NCBI GenBank assembly: GCA_032718475.1
Contig: JAUCBJ010001473.1
Location: 1-35,329 of the forward strand
Source: Nemertoderma westbladi
Taxonomy: Eukaryota; Animalia; Xenacoelomorpha
Direction: 5' to 3'
DNA length: 35,329 nt
Shown: positions 1 through 12,916 of the stretch, piece by piece
How the letters are laid out: each line of letters opens with the position of its first letter
How positions within the stretch are numbered: the stretch's first letter is position 1
Program-made: the position numbers and the translations under genes
The notes under the pieces: model-generated
Told to the model about the DNA's origin: nothing
The model's database searches: none
Seen by the model: only the letters and a program-made list of their open reading frames with translations

Positions 1-246
1 ATATATATCAAATGTTTCTATAATACTAAACACTGAATAATTTTTAAATGGGTTTTGGTCAGATGATAAATGTTTGATTAATATTGATTAAATTCTATGG
101 TAAAGCAAAAAGGATACGTCGGTTTTTAAATGCAAGTCCTACGAATTTATGCCTGCTTAACAAATACATTTTGTCACCACTATGAAATCCACAATTGGCA
201 AGCCCAATGCAGCGTGCATTAAAAATTCTATGCGGGCTTATTAACA

Positions 247-860
247 AAGTTGCACCTCCAGAACTTCCTATCACCCATGACATTTGCTAGATCATCCGCA
301 TCTTCAAGGCCAGGGTCCTTTAGGAGGCGCCACAAGAAAGTTATGGGCTGTCCACCATGCTTACAGAAGTTTTTCCATGGGGCTGCCAAAGCACAAGATT
401 GTGCACAAGGTGGTCCTCACGGACCAATGAGACACTTCTAATGTTATATATAGTGTCTGATTGGAGATGTGTGCATTGTACCAAGTGAACCCGAAGTACA
501 TTATTGTGAATGTGCCATCCAGAGATTTGTGTCCTCAGCAGTTAGAGCCCAGTATGGTCTCCCATAGAGGAGTACTGGAACTACTTCTGCTCTAAATAAT
601 TGGGCCTTAAGTTTCCGACGTATTCTGTTCAATAATGCCCGTGCCTTTCCCTTATGTATTCGAAGGTCCTCACCAGACTTCCGGTTCCACGATCCCAGGT
701 AACAGAAATTGTCCACATGCTCAAGCATACCATCCTTTGAGTTTATGCTCATCCGATCAGAGATTTGCTGACTTTTTCAAAGTTAACTGTAAAAATGTTG
801 GTCTTTTTGGAGTTAATAAAAATACCAACACTAGAAGCAGCCTGTTCTAATGAGCTGAGG
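247..860 (-). mobile_element. Degenerate RTE-clade non-LTR retrotransposon fragment (end of RT and post-RT region)
   Basis: Minus-strand translation gives LEQAASSVGIFINSKKT, VDNFCYLGSW, EDLRIHKGKA and VVPVLLYG. Clearly homologous to the cleaner copy at 5621-6211 but with deletions and frameshifts. Boundaries approximate. Confidence 0.85.
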
Positions 861-1148
861 AGGCGATTTTATTTTCCACCATAACCGTATTTTATCTTTC
901 ATTTAACTGGGCGAATAAATAGCCCTAATAATTAAATATACAGTATATAAAAACCGGGGGTAGGAATGGAATATTGCGTATACAAAGTGTCTATGGTTTG
1001 GTTATGGTGGAAAAAGTGTAACGAAATTCATTTGAATGGTTCCTTCACATATTCTCCCCAGAGGGAATTCCAGTACGAATTTAGCTACCATTTAAGGAAG
1101 CGAGATGCGCCCTGCTAGTCCTTGAAGACTTCGTTCCGAAATTAACAA

Positions 1149-1411
1149 CTACTAGGATCGGCATGCTGCATTGCAGCTGAATTTTTAAGAATGCTGTGCC
1201 GGCTTATCGACAAAATTGCACCGCCACAACTCCCTATCACCCATGACATTTGCTAGATCATCCGCATCGTCAAGGCCAGTGTCTTTTAAGATGCGTCTCA
1301 AGAAAGTCATGGGCTGGCCACCATGCTTATTCACTCCATGAGGCTGCCAAAGTACAAGATTATGCATATGCACTGGCTGGTCCTCACGGCGAAAGCAATG
1401 TCCTGCAAAGC
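1149..1411 (-). mobile_element. 3'-terminal fragment of the same RTE-clade LINE family
   Basis: Near-identical reverse complement of ~5945-6200 (FAGHCFRREDQPVH...LWQPHG...DRELWR), with the 3' UTR GCAGCATGCCGATCCTAGTAG and the start of the (TAG)n tail. Confidence 0.9.
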
Positions 1412-2996
1412 TATACTGCCCTCCTGGGGGAACTCGACGCAAAATCCGCCTTGGCGAAGTAATATCCCGCATCAATGTTAAATTCTGAATTTAGGGAAAG
1501 GTGCAGGTTACAGTGGCACGATATTTTAACCAAAGCAATAAACTAAACACAAAAGAACAGGTTACAGTTTTATTTTTGAGAGTAATCATCTGTTATTTGC
1601 GTTATTCTATATATATATGTATATACCTATATTCTATATATGCTGTTATTCCCCTGGAGAGGGATGAATTTTTATTGCCCCCCTATTCCCGCCCAGTTTC
1701 CCCCCATATCTGTTATATTCCGTGGATTTTGGAAACGGTAGTACTGTAGGCCTCTAAACGTTGTCATATTGTTGGCCTTTGTCACAGACTCGTTTCGCAT
1801 CTCCTAGCCGCACTAGCAATCTTAAACTGCGCTGTAGAATTTCAAATAATTATAATGTATTATCGCAGCATGATTCGGTCCTGTGATGGCTGTGAGCAAT
1901 TTAATTCGTGTCACATCGATTTCTCAATCCGATGAGATTACAGGACAATTCCTAACTAATCTGTTGCTAAATATTAAATCAATTATTTATACAACACCTG
2001 CCCCGGTTGTTATAGCAACGATAATACAGAATATAAAAATTGAAAATGCAATTTGTTTTCTCTACATTCATTCAAATTAATGTTTAATATAATTTTGTAA
2101 TCAAAAATTTCAACAGAAAGGTGATTTTGATTATAATACCGATATTATGGTCAGTCGATAAACAACATTTCCATCTTTCTGCTGTTTTACTGTTTGTATA
2201 ACCTAAGTAAAGTTGCATTGGTATTTTAAATTGCATTCTATGTATTAAATCTTAAATTATTAAACCGCAAACTAACTAACTGCGACTATAATATTAATAA
2301 AAATTGTCCTATATAGTTCATATTGAAATATTCCATAATTTTGTGAATAATATGTTTCTTCTGTAGGCCCGACTACTGTATGTAAAAGGTTTAGTATTTT
2401 TTATGTCAACCATATAGTTCAGTTGTAAATTTCACCAGGAATTTCTATAATTTATTATTCTATATTTACTATAATAATTCAAGTCCATACTGCTTCTAGT
2501 TGCTGAGACAAAGGGTAAAACGTAAAAAACACCATTCTTAGATAATCGCGATTAAACAAATAAGAGCGATGAGCTCGAATCGTACAATCCAATTTACAAC
2601 ATTGAAAGGAGCTTTAGTACAATGGGGGTAATTCAACCACGCTGATTCCAAATCTGGTTTTAGGTTTTTCTGGCACAAGTTTATTCATAATCTCCAATAA
2701 ACTCTCAAATTACTTATCAGGCACAACTTATATCTTATTTCACTGTAATGAGAAAAAAGTTTCTTCGATAATATTCGCATGTTTTCGGTATGTTTATTAT
2801 ACATAATTCGACATTCCTGATTCCAAATCGGGTTTTAGATTTGTCTTAGCTAACAAGAAAAATCGAACCGTTTTGAACTTAGTAATAATCAACCATAATA
2901 ACAATCATAATAATTATTATTTTAAATTTTGTAAAGAACAAGAATAAGCAACCTATTCGACCTTGTAAGGTCATCATTATTGTATAAACCTAAACC

Positions 2997-3133
2997 ATGT
3001 TATCTCGCACACATAAAGATAAACAGAATTGGTCTGTCCTTGAAACAATGAATATTCGCAATGCAGTTGAGAGCAACTCTAAAATTAGCCACCGCCATAA
3101 TTCTCTTATAGAAGTGTTGCAGGGAGAATCGAG
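2997..3133 (+). CDS. Putative exon 1 of an uncharacterised host gene (MLSRTHKDKQNWSVLE...)
   Basis: AAACC-ATG at 2997, 45 open codons, then a consensus donor AG|GTAAGT at 3133/3134. Ends in phase 2, matching the acceptor at 4515. Confidence 0.6.
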
Positions 3134-3536
3134 GTAAGTTTATGATAAATTCAGAGACTTTCAAAGCAATAAAAGTTCATCCCGCCCCAGGGGAAAATCG
3201 ATGCAAATTCGATGCAATAACTGATTGCTCTAAAAAAAACGGTAACCTTTTCTATTAATTAATTTTTTTATTTTTTAGTTAGAATAACGTGCCACTTCTG
3301 AAGTGATAATTTTGTATTACTTCACCGAGATGGGCTTTGCGGCCCATTTTTACAAAAAATAATAAATTATTCTGTTCCACATCGTAGCTTCAAGCTGAAA
3401 TTGCACAAACCTAAAACAATCTATTCCGCATCTATTGGAATACATATTAAGGTGCTAAAATCATGTATTATATGAGAAATAAGCGTTTTCCCGAGTCGAG
3501 TTTTCTGGTTCACGCCTCCTACTCCATATAGGAGGC

Positions 3537-3586
3537 TTGAATAATATATAATAATATATATAATATAATAATATATAATAATATAA
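3537..3586. repeat. AT-rich (ATA/TA)n microsatellite
   Basis: Direct reading: ATAATATATA ATAATATATA TAATATAATA... Confidence 0.8.
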
Positions 3587-4099
3587 GGGGGTTAGGAGGG
3601 TTGAACCACCCATAGAAGCAATGTTATCAAATGAATATATGTTAATGAAAATTAGTCTTTCTGTCTGTTTGTTTGTGTTTTTCAGTGTTTGTCTGCCAGT
3701 GACTGTTCTATCTTCATTAAAAACTGTCGTTTTTTTATTTTACAATAATACCAAATGCACATTGAGTTAATTATTGTTTATTTAGTTCAATTATAGGTAA
3801 TCAGGTGCGTTTCTTATTCTCCCCCTCCAGTGACTATACCCTGTGGCTCTGGTTTGGACTCACAATGAACATCTTCCGACTCTGCCTCTACCGTTATCTA
3901 CTACCTGGGACCTCAGGTTGACAAGAAAGTAACCATGAAACAAGCATAGTCCATTATTCATACTAAATACCATCCATACCTGTAGATAAATACCCATAAC
4001 AACCAACATGAAAGTGGTTCAACCCATCCATCCAAAGTGATTCAAGCCTCCCACAATACTCCATTTTGTGAAAAATGCATTGTGTACGAAAAGTGCAGA

Positions 4100-4390
4100 C
4101 CATAGCACTTTTCGTACACATACCTAATTTTGAAGATGAATAATTTCTCCGCCAGAAAAGTATCACATTTATTGGTGAATTGTCAAATCATTCTAGTGGG
4201 AGGGATCCAAAACGGAGGTATCCGTTCTAGAAAACAGGTGGCAAAAGTATACTTCCCTTCATAGCAAAACAGCACGTCGGCCAGAAGTGGACTAAATACA
4301 CCAGTAGGTGCAGTTTTTAATTGTCTATCTAATGCTGTATCCATGGAAACGCCAAACCCAAGCGTTCTCTTTAAATTGCACTGATTCACC
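4100..4390 (-). pseudogene. Possible highly decayed Penelope-like RT fragment
   Basis: GVSMDT...FSPLLADVLFCYE resembles the PLE RT motif GIPMGTNCAPLLADLFLYxYE, and KIRYV lies downstream. No intact YxDD and the segment is interrupted. Confidence 0.3.
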
Positions 4391-4514
4391 CGTCCTCGTG
4401 GTTCAACCCTCCCTGCTCTCCTCTATGACCTTTCTTTTTCAGTAAATTACATTATTTACTGATTTTATTTATAATAATTTTTTTAATATATTAATTATCG
4501 CATGTTTCTTCTAG

Positions 4515-5483
4515 ATTTAATGTTAAGTCGCTGATTTCAAAAGTTTGGTATGTGAAGCCCAACCAGGTTCTATGTTCAACACGAAAATGTTATTCAAACG
4601 CGAATACGTCTCACCATTTAGAGATGAGTCAAATTGGTGGTGCCTTGCGTGAAGTTGATCTGAAGAGGTTGAACGATTACCACCAAAAACAACGATCGAA
4701 AAGTGCTGGCTCCGAAGAAGAACAATTAAACCCCAAATTAAAATCAGTTCGTAGACAAGTCCGCAGAGCTCTGGTAACTCGAAACCGCCCACATACAGCA
4801 CATTATTACGGTTATGACGTAAACAGGGAATCTCCATTTTCTAAATCCCACACTACCATTTGTCCTTCGATATTACGGACTAATCCTGAGGATAGTGATT
4901 CATCAGTAAGGATAATGCGACGACCTCAAAGCAACTGCAGTCGCCACAGCAAACTGGAAAGGAGAAACTTAACCTCAGCAAGCCAACTAACCTATGGAGA
5001 ATATAATGCTGCAGACAACGACATGATACCGCCATTAACGCAACGAAGAACATCTAGAATTCATGGTGATCAACCAATCGATAATGCCACTACAAAGATG
5101 AAACCCGAAACACAATCCCGACGATGTGCAATCACTGATAATCAATCGTCTTTACAAGCGATTTTAGAGAAAGAAGAATATCTAAGATTGAAACCATTTA
5201 TTATTAAATACTTTGAAGAGCAGGAGGAGGATAATTACTTAAAACCGGCATATAAAACCAGTAACCATGACTGCAAGAAGAATGCTCTAACCCCAGAACC
5301 CGACGTGAGACCTCTATGGGTACAGAAGATAGTTAAAGAAAATCGTTCGACAAGAAATGAAGCGAATAAGGTGTCTCTGTCGTTGTTGATTGGCAGGAAA
5401 GAGAAGGGACTTAAGGGAGTTGCTCTGTTCCGAAGATACGCCTATGCTATTATATTCCTGAAGGCCATGGGAATCTCATTGGG
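4515..5483 (+). CDS. Putative exon 2 of the uncharacterised host gene (969 nt)
   Basis: Pyrimidine-rich acceptor TTTCTTCTAG|A at 4514/4515. Frame open from 4516 (includes the 311-aa ORF 4552-5487). The ORF's TAA lies inside a consensus donor GG|GTAAGT at 5483/5484. Long ORF in AT-rich DNA. Confidence 0.7.
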
Positions 5484-5620
5484 GTAAGTTTATTCTTATT
5501 TGTTGTGAAAGATCTTGTTTATTTTACAGACTAAATAATACAGAGTAAAATATATAAAATAATAATACCTTAATTAATCCGTGTGGGATTTTACAGTAGC
5601 CGGAATTGAGTATATTTGGA

Positions 5621-6211
5621 AGTCAGGTGAGGACCTTCGAATACGTAAGGGAAAGGCATGGGCAGCCTTGAATAGGCTTTCCAGGATTTGGAAGTCACCT
5701 AGAATTAATCGGAAACTTAATGTCCGATTATTTAGAGCAGCAGTAGTTCCAGTACTCCTCTACGGGAGCCCATGCTGGGCTCTAACTGCTGAGGACACCA
5801 AATCTCTGGATGGCACATTCACAAGAATGTTACGCCGGGTACATTGTGTCAAGTACAATGCACACATCTCCAACCAGACACTATATAACATTGGAGGTGT
5901 CTCATTGGTTCCCCCAAGCTTGACACTAGAACAAAATCGCCTCCGCTTTGCAGGACATTGCTTTCGCCGTGAGGACCAGCCAGTGCATAATCTTGTACTT
6001 TGGCAGCCTCATGGAGTGAATAAGCATGGTGGACAGCCCATGACTTTCTTGAGACGCATCTTAAAGGACACTGGCCTTAAAGATGCGGATGATCTAGCAA
6101 ATGTCATGGGTGATAGGGAGTTGTGGCGGTGCAATTTTGTTGACAAGCCGGCACATTATTCTTAAAAATGCAGCTGCAATGCAGCATGCCGATCCTAGTA
6201 GTAGTAGTAGT
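5621..6211 (+). mobile_element. 5'-truncated RTE-clade LINE with (TAG)n tail and 12-bp TSD
   Basis: Encodes KGKAWAALNRLSRIWKS...VLLYGSPCW...RLRFAGHCFR...LVLWQP (post-RT region typical of RTE LINEs). Ends in TAG repeats. Flanked by AGTATATTTGGA at 5609-5620 and 6212-6223. Confidence 0.92.
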
Positions 6212-7377
6212 AGTATATTTGGATGGCCAGAAGGAGTTTGTCAACTGCTGCTACACACTATAATCTTGCCCTGCTGGTCAGCTTTATTGACAATATTATC
6301 TTGTAAATTCGTAAATTATTTTATTTAAACTAGCAAAATAATTATTATTTTAATAGTAGACATTGTTAATGATATCCAATATCATCTTGTCAATAAAACG
6401 ACTAATTTTTTCGCCAAAATTATTAATCTTAATTATTAAAGCTTAATTGCCAGCTCTTCTTGCCAGTTTGTCAAGGGTATATATTTAGGACACTATTTTT
6501 TTAGTGAAAAATTATACCAAAATTATCGAAAGATGGAAAAATATGAAAAAAATTGCTGAAAAATGTTACGGCACTTTGTAACTCTTTCATGTGGATTGGA
6601 GAGGAGAATATTTGGGGAAAAAAATCGTAATATACTAGAACAAACTTGCTGAACTGAAGTATAATTATAAATTCAGATTGAATAATAACAAGAATTAATA
6701 TAAAGTTTAGAAGTAAAATAAAGTAAGATACCAAAGTTTTATTAAAACTGAACACCTAATAAAACTGTATTTGCACTGAAAATTAGAAACACCAAAGTAC
6801 GATAGATTAAATAACACCAAATTACGCTCGATGTTCAATACGACATAATTAAGTAGTATTATTAACAACTGTGTGTTTTCGGAAAGGCCAAGGTGACAAT
6901 TAATCTCTAACATCACTGATACAATCAGCCCTCCCAGTCAAAAAAGGAAAAAAGGAATTTATATTTAAAAAAAAAAGGAAAAAAGGATCGCATACGGTTA
7001 AAAAAAAGGGAAAAACTGAATGATCTTTAAAAAAAGGATAGTAAACATTATATTTCATTAACCTTATACAGGCCTATTAAGAAACGTCACTGTATGAAAT
7101 GATGTATGGAAGAGATCAAAGTGTGTTCAAATATAGAAACACAGAAAGAGAACGACCACGGCAATAATGGCAATATAATTATTATAAATCAACATATCAA
7201 TGAAATCAGAGATGGTTGAGCTCGACCGATTGATGGTCATTGATAGAGGTTTATCAAACGCTTGTAAATAGAAATGTAATTTGCAAGTGATATAAAAACT
7301 TTGGTACGGATTTCCGGTCAAGGCTACATTTATATAAATAACAAAAATGCTTTTAGACGCAATCAGAATTCAAGCAT

Positions 7378-7475
7378 CTTCAGGGGAATCCCTGATGCGA
7401 TTTAATAGAATTCTGTTGTATAGATTTGCAGCAATTGAGAATAACGAGATTCCACGAAAAGATCCACTTTTAGGT
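7378..7475 (-). mobile_element. LINE RT N-terminal motif fragment (RTE-like)
   Basis: Reverse strand reads KSGSFRGISLFSIAANLYNRILLNRIR, the conserved 'R.ISL.S...K.Y.RILL.RI' RT motif. Confidence 0.8.
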
Positions 7476-7611
7476 TGTTGCTGCACGTGTGAACTTAGCC
7501 TTTTAGATTACTTATTTTACTAATTTTAAGTTCAAAACACCATTTTATATTGATAAAGTTGGTACGATATAATATCGTCTATTTTGGTTAAATTATGCTT
7601 TACTAAGGGTG

Positions 7612-7969
7612 TGACGCCATCTAGTGATATTATCTGCATATCCAGCTTGTATAATTTTGCCATATTGGCTATGCTCCTTACTGATAAGCTGATATATAAG
7701 TACGATTAGTTCTGTGGTTTATTCACTCTTTTTGTTATTGTTGGACAGAAGAAGTCGTATTGCCCAAGCAGAGGCACTGATCCCCGGTCAGGTTTAATTG
7801 ACTGGTGGTTATTACAGGCCTAAGGTCTAAACTTAAAGAGTTAATAATTGAATTATAATTATTTATCGTTATATTGGATATTCTACTGGTAAATTCAATT
7901 TGTCCTTATTATTTGCTTAATATATCGCCGATATTACAGAATCAAGGAAGTTTTACACGCGCCACAACA
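7612..7969 (+). mobile_element. Candidate solo LTR (Gypsy-like)
   Basis: TG...CA ends (TGACGCCATCTAG ... CGCCACAACA), internal TATATAAG near 7693, and GGTG on both sides (7608-7611, 7970-7973) as a possible 4-bp TSD. Confidence 0.4.
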
Positions 7970-8589
7970 GGTGGGTTGCTGTAATTAAGTATCAGTGATA
8001 ATCTGGACAATTGTATCATATTTGTGTGTTGTCATATCTCTGACTTACTAAATAATTAATATATGGCGATATTTCAGACCATTAATATAAGCAAAGCTCT
8101 TATTATTAATTTACATCCGACTGAGAGTTGTCACAAATTGAATACTGTAGTGATATCAATATAATTAGACCAGAGACTTGTTACAATACGTTTCCCCTAA
8201 AGGGAAACACAATCACCAGACTTGAGTTCTTACAGAATTAATTAGTTAGACATTTCCTTGTTATACTGTGTTGCCACACCCTCCCGGTACTGTACACTTG
8301 TGCAATATAATAGATGATCAAATGCCGTATTAGACTAAGCTAAATGTAGAGCAAATCAATACATCGAAGGGATAAGGGGTAAATAAACAGATATACTAGA
8401 GCGGAGTTCGGTGACAGGTACACTAGCGCCATTCCGCTCAGGGTATCAGACCGGACATTTTGCCTTCATTTTGCACGGTTTATTTATTAAGTAACAGAAA
8501 GAAGTCACAATATATGAAAATTGAGAGTGAAAGAACATATTTTATCAAATGCGCTAACATAGGTTGCCCTTCTTTGGGGCAGGGACCAA

Positions 8590-9660
8590 TTTATTTGTTT
8601 TCATTTCTTGGGGGACTCTCTTTGTCTATACATTTCCACAATAATGGGGTGAATGAGCTCCAAACATTCAGAATTTTAAAGACCCCAGGGGGCACGCCAT
8701 CTACTCCACTATCACGATTGGTCTTGATGCTCCGTAGCTTCGGTCTTGCTTTCAGCAAAGAAGATGTCACCAATGGGGATATCTGTGAGCACAGACTCAG
8801 ATACATGATGTACCTCAAAGTTATCAGGCAATACCCTGTCATTGTTTAGAAGCTTCTCAAAGTGGTCCTTCCAACCTTTGAGGCATTCAGCTGGAGATTC
8901 AGCCTTAACCTTGGTGGTTCGTTGGCTTTTCCTCCCAGTGAGCAGGTTTATTGATTGCCATGTCTGGGGTGATTGCCTGCAATCATCAGCATTGTTAATG
9001 GCATCAACCTGTTTATTGATAATCTCAGTCAGATTATCAGAGTACTGCCTGTTAAGGGACCTAGATGCAGCTTTAACTGCATCCTCGGCTGTCCTCATGT
9101 GCCCAGGCCCGCGTTGGCACTCTTTCTGCTCTTTAGAGAGGTTATTTCGGCACTTCCGAATTCTGTGGTCAGTCCTGGGGGCCGTTTTCATTTTTCGAGG
9201 GTATACAGGAACTGTTTATGCAGCTGCTAACTTAACTGCTTTTGTTAAGGTAGTATAGCATAGCCCTCGCAATGATCTGATGCTCAGAGGCGAGAACCTT
9301 GTACCTGTTGCTTAGCTTCAGTGTGAAGCTGGATCTCACACCGAGCTGTTGCAACAGAAAGGACCAGTCGCAGTCATGCCATGTCAAGGCAGATTTTGTA
9401 ATTCTGCTAGTGAGGAGACTAAGTCTGACCTTGTTCACAATAAGGCGATGATCACTGGAGAAGGGTCGAAGTGTAAATGCACAACAGTCTTGTACAGAGC
9501 TCCTGTATTTCTATGAAACAGAATGTGATCTATATGGGACTTGTGGAGACTGTCCAGTGTAAGTCCATCTAATTTAATCCCATGTTTGTGATGTGTGTGT
9601 GTGTATACCAAGCAGTATTGGCAGCAAAATGTATAAATTCTTGTCATCACTTCAGGATGT
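8590..9660 (-). mobile_element. Degenerate RTE-like LINE fragment: end of APE endonuclease, linker and start of RT
   Basis: Minus strand has HIDHILF and SDHRL (APE C-terminal motifs), LSNRYKVL, WKDHFEKLLN and SGVDGVPPGVFK. Multiple stops and frameshifts. Confidence 0.8.
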
Positions 9661-9710
9661 AAAATTAGTGACCACATATTTCTATTTAATAAACCTTTCA
9701 TGTTTTATAG

Positions 9711-10005
9711 ACGAACACAAATGGTAACTAGGCAACAAGATACGAATTCCCGAAGGCGCCACCATAAACTGATGTTGGCCAAAGCGTTAATACGAATGCA
9801 GGTAGCTACTGAACACCCTTTGAGAAAGGAACTAAGAGCACAAACGTTGTTTAACTCGCTAAGAGTATGTAGGTATATACGTTGGAGTAAACAGCAACTG
9901 GATCTCTTACAGAAAGCCGAATCATTCGATCCACCACCACTGCATATGTTAGGTTTAAACGAAGATCAAAAGAAGTACCTCATGGAACCAATAGGAAGCC
10001 ATTAA
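9711..10005 (+). CDS. Putative terminal exon 3 of the host gene
   Basis: Acceptor TGTTTTATAG|A is phase-2 compatible with exon 2. Open for 97 codons to TAA at 10003-10005. Spliced total is 1401 nt = 466 aa + stop. AATAAA occurs downstream (~10426). Confidence 0.55.
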
Positions 10006-10093
10006 TAATACCAACAATAACTTTGTGTTGAATCCGACTAAAGGCTGTAGAAATTTCGCACTGTTGTTGTATTTATTCCATCCATGTGTAAAT

Positions 10094-10146
10094 CTGATAG
10101 GTGAAATATATGTAAGCACCATGCTTACATATATTTCACCTATCAG
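10094..10146. repeat. Perfect 25-bp inverted repeat with 3-nt loop
   Basis: CTGATAGGTGAAATATATGTAAGCA-CCA-TGCTTACATATATTTCACCTATCAG. Confidence 0.95.
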
Positions 10147-11156
10147 GTTAGTATGTAATATAAACATGGGAGATTTTGAAATGATCATCAGTATTGACCA
10201 TTTATAGAAAATAGTGACAGGTTTTTAAATAGTTATAGATTACACTTTTTCGTTTCATACCTTTAGTATACTGTAAACTTGTTGTTTCCCATTAATTGTT
10301 CATTGATATAATAACATAACATTGAGAATTATTGATGAAGTTTTTTTGATTTACTCATCTCAAAACATGGTATTTTGGCAGATGAAGTAAGTTCCCTACC
10401 ACATTTCCATGTTGATTGTAAGACAATAAAAATCTCTACTGTGGGTAGGAACAGTATGTCAAATTCTAAAAGCCAACACTAATAGTATATATAAATATAT
10501 ATATCGGCACCGTAGGACTACCTATGCAGCTGATTCTCGATCAGAACGATTTCAATGTCATCTTGTATCTATCCACAATTCCTTTGGCTATGGTATTGGG
10601 TCCAAAGTAATTTATTTTATGCATCAACTTCCACTCAATTTTTCTGCAATTTGAGCTGATGTGAAAGAAACATCGAATAAAGAATATTGGTGCTCGCCCA
10701 TTGAATTTATTGTTTAGACCCCTAAATAATAGTTTCAGTTTGGTCGGAACTGCTTTTCGAGTCTATGATTAATGATGTGGATTTTCTGTTCGTGGAGATG
10801 ATAGGCGACAGACGGTAAACAAAGAGGAATTTTCACAAACGAGACATTACATCAACAAAACAAAATAGGATGTGCGACTTTACACAAACTGGTCGTAAGA
10901 CCTTAAGCAAACAGGACGTTATGCAAACAGGACGTTTGGCAAACATATCTAAAATTGGCGTAATGTATCTTTGTCATAGGGCCTTGTTTGTGTACTGTCC
11001 TACAAAAGTCTGTCAAAAATCTTGTGTATTGTCCTAAAAAAATCCTCAATAAATTGATTTATTGGATTTGCTGATATAGAATAGAAACAGGGTGATACAC
11101 TAAAACCTGACACCGATCCTATGTATTCTAATCCCATGTTTACAAGTGAACATAAT

Positions 11157-11713
11157 CACACACCGGATATGGACTGGGAAAAGGGGATATGGACTGGGAA
11201 ATGGCAAATATTGCCTGAACTGAAATATGAAGGAGTTGGCCAAGCAGAGACCCCATGATTGCTGTGCAGGGAATGGTGAGGCGAATGAATAATGACTTTC
11301 GCGCGAAACCAAACGGCACCGAAGGCTACTACCGTTGGTTTGGATGGTTGTTGGTTATATTGGGTGACATTATACAGTGTATTATCTGACGTCGGTTGTT
11401 AAAGCAGAGAAAATCTCGGTGAAATCGGTGAGTTTAATAAGCTGAATTAGTTAGATGGTAGGTACCGGTACCGATATACCGGAATGTAGGAGGTTTACCT
11501 AATCGAATAATTTTGTCTTAGGGAGTTGTTTTTCTTTATTAAGTAAGTGTGGATATGCGATCTACGCGAGTGAACCAGTTCGCCGACATAGATAGCAAAA
11601 CTAAGGACCGTGGCCTAGCGACCAGTAGCTAGCGACCGGGTCGGATTGATGTGATAAAACAAACTATCGTTTCAGCTAAGTAAACCTGACCGATTCTGGC
11701 ATCCGTAATGTCA
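11157..11713 (+). mobile_element. Possible degenerate solo LTR related to the putative LTR-B
   Basis: Non-coding island richer in GC than its flanks. It begins CACCGGATATGGACTGG, nearly identical to CACCCGATATGGACTGG at 17635. No TSD found. Confidence 0.3.
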
Positions 11714-12916
11714 TTAGAAGTTTATTAACTAATATATTACGAGCGCCCTTGTAATTATGTTACCCCCCTTTCAATATATTTTACCCCCTTTTCAAATATC
11801 TTGCCCCTATTGCAATACCCCCCCCCCCCCCCCCCCCTCCGTCAACCTATTGTATCTATTAACTATATATGATAATTATTGTATCTACCAAATTCTTTGT
11901 TTTTATTTATTTAACGTTTTCGCGAAACCAATGGATTATGCAATGGGCCGGACTCTTCGATATGTGATGGACGGTGGTCTTCACGGTCGAAATTGAATGC
12001 AACGGATTATGTACCATCACGGCTAGTATAAATGATACGTAATATATTTATTATACTACTTCTGGAATTAAACCCACCTATTGTAATATATCAGTATTAT
12101 TCAGGCATACTTTTATTCCACAAAGATATTGATTTCATTTTAATATAAACTATTTCTACTGTGATGCTCTTATTAATACTACAGTAATATAAAATTTAAT
12201 AGTATTATAAATTATTGTTAGTAAAGTAACTTTAACTTTTAGTAAGTTAGTTTGTTTGTTTTTAATCCTTATATCTTAATTTAATACCGACTCACTCACT
12301 ACATTCGTAAGTTCTTTTGCACTGTGACATTCAAGGTATCAGAAAACAACATGGACAGAGACAGCATGTGTCTCCGTGTCTGAATAATACCAACGCGGTC
12401 CCTTCATTGGAGAAATCAAAGTATTTAAAGTATTTACTAAGACCACAGTCACATCGGTGGAAGGGTTAACAGAGGTATGGGGTTTGGATGTCGGTATGCC
12501 TGTTTGATGGAACTGATACACAGACCCGGGGATGGGTAGCCTCGACCTAGAACCTGTCACGTGGAGTAATATCTAACAATGCCGACGGTCTCTACAGTTC
12601 ACATCACTGGGGCTGTTCATTGGCGCGCGGCTAGTTCTGGAGACTTTTGAGCTGTGGGGATCTCCGATTGGCTGCTGGTTTATTTTGTACTTGCCGCTTT
12701 TCTATAGGGTGAACGGCCAGTTCGGAAGACTTGTTTGGCTCTTGAGAGCTGTGGTTGGCTGCGGTTTTACTTTTGATCATGCTGATTTTCTATATATTGG
12801 AGCACTTCAACGAAATATTATTCATTTTCAATCCAGCCAGCAGAGTTTGCTCCCTAAGTTTTTCCTTCAGTTTACATTTGATTTCCTTTTCAGTCTTATT
12901 ACTGTATTATTTTCTG

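Noticed and set aside
5581-6165. 194-aa ORF as a standalone gene
   Set aside because: It is a 5'-truncated LINE; the first ~13 codons come from flanking DNA and the TSD.
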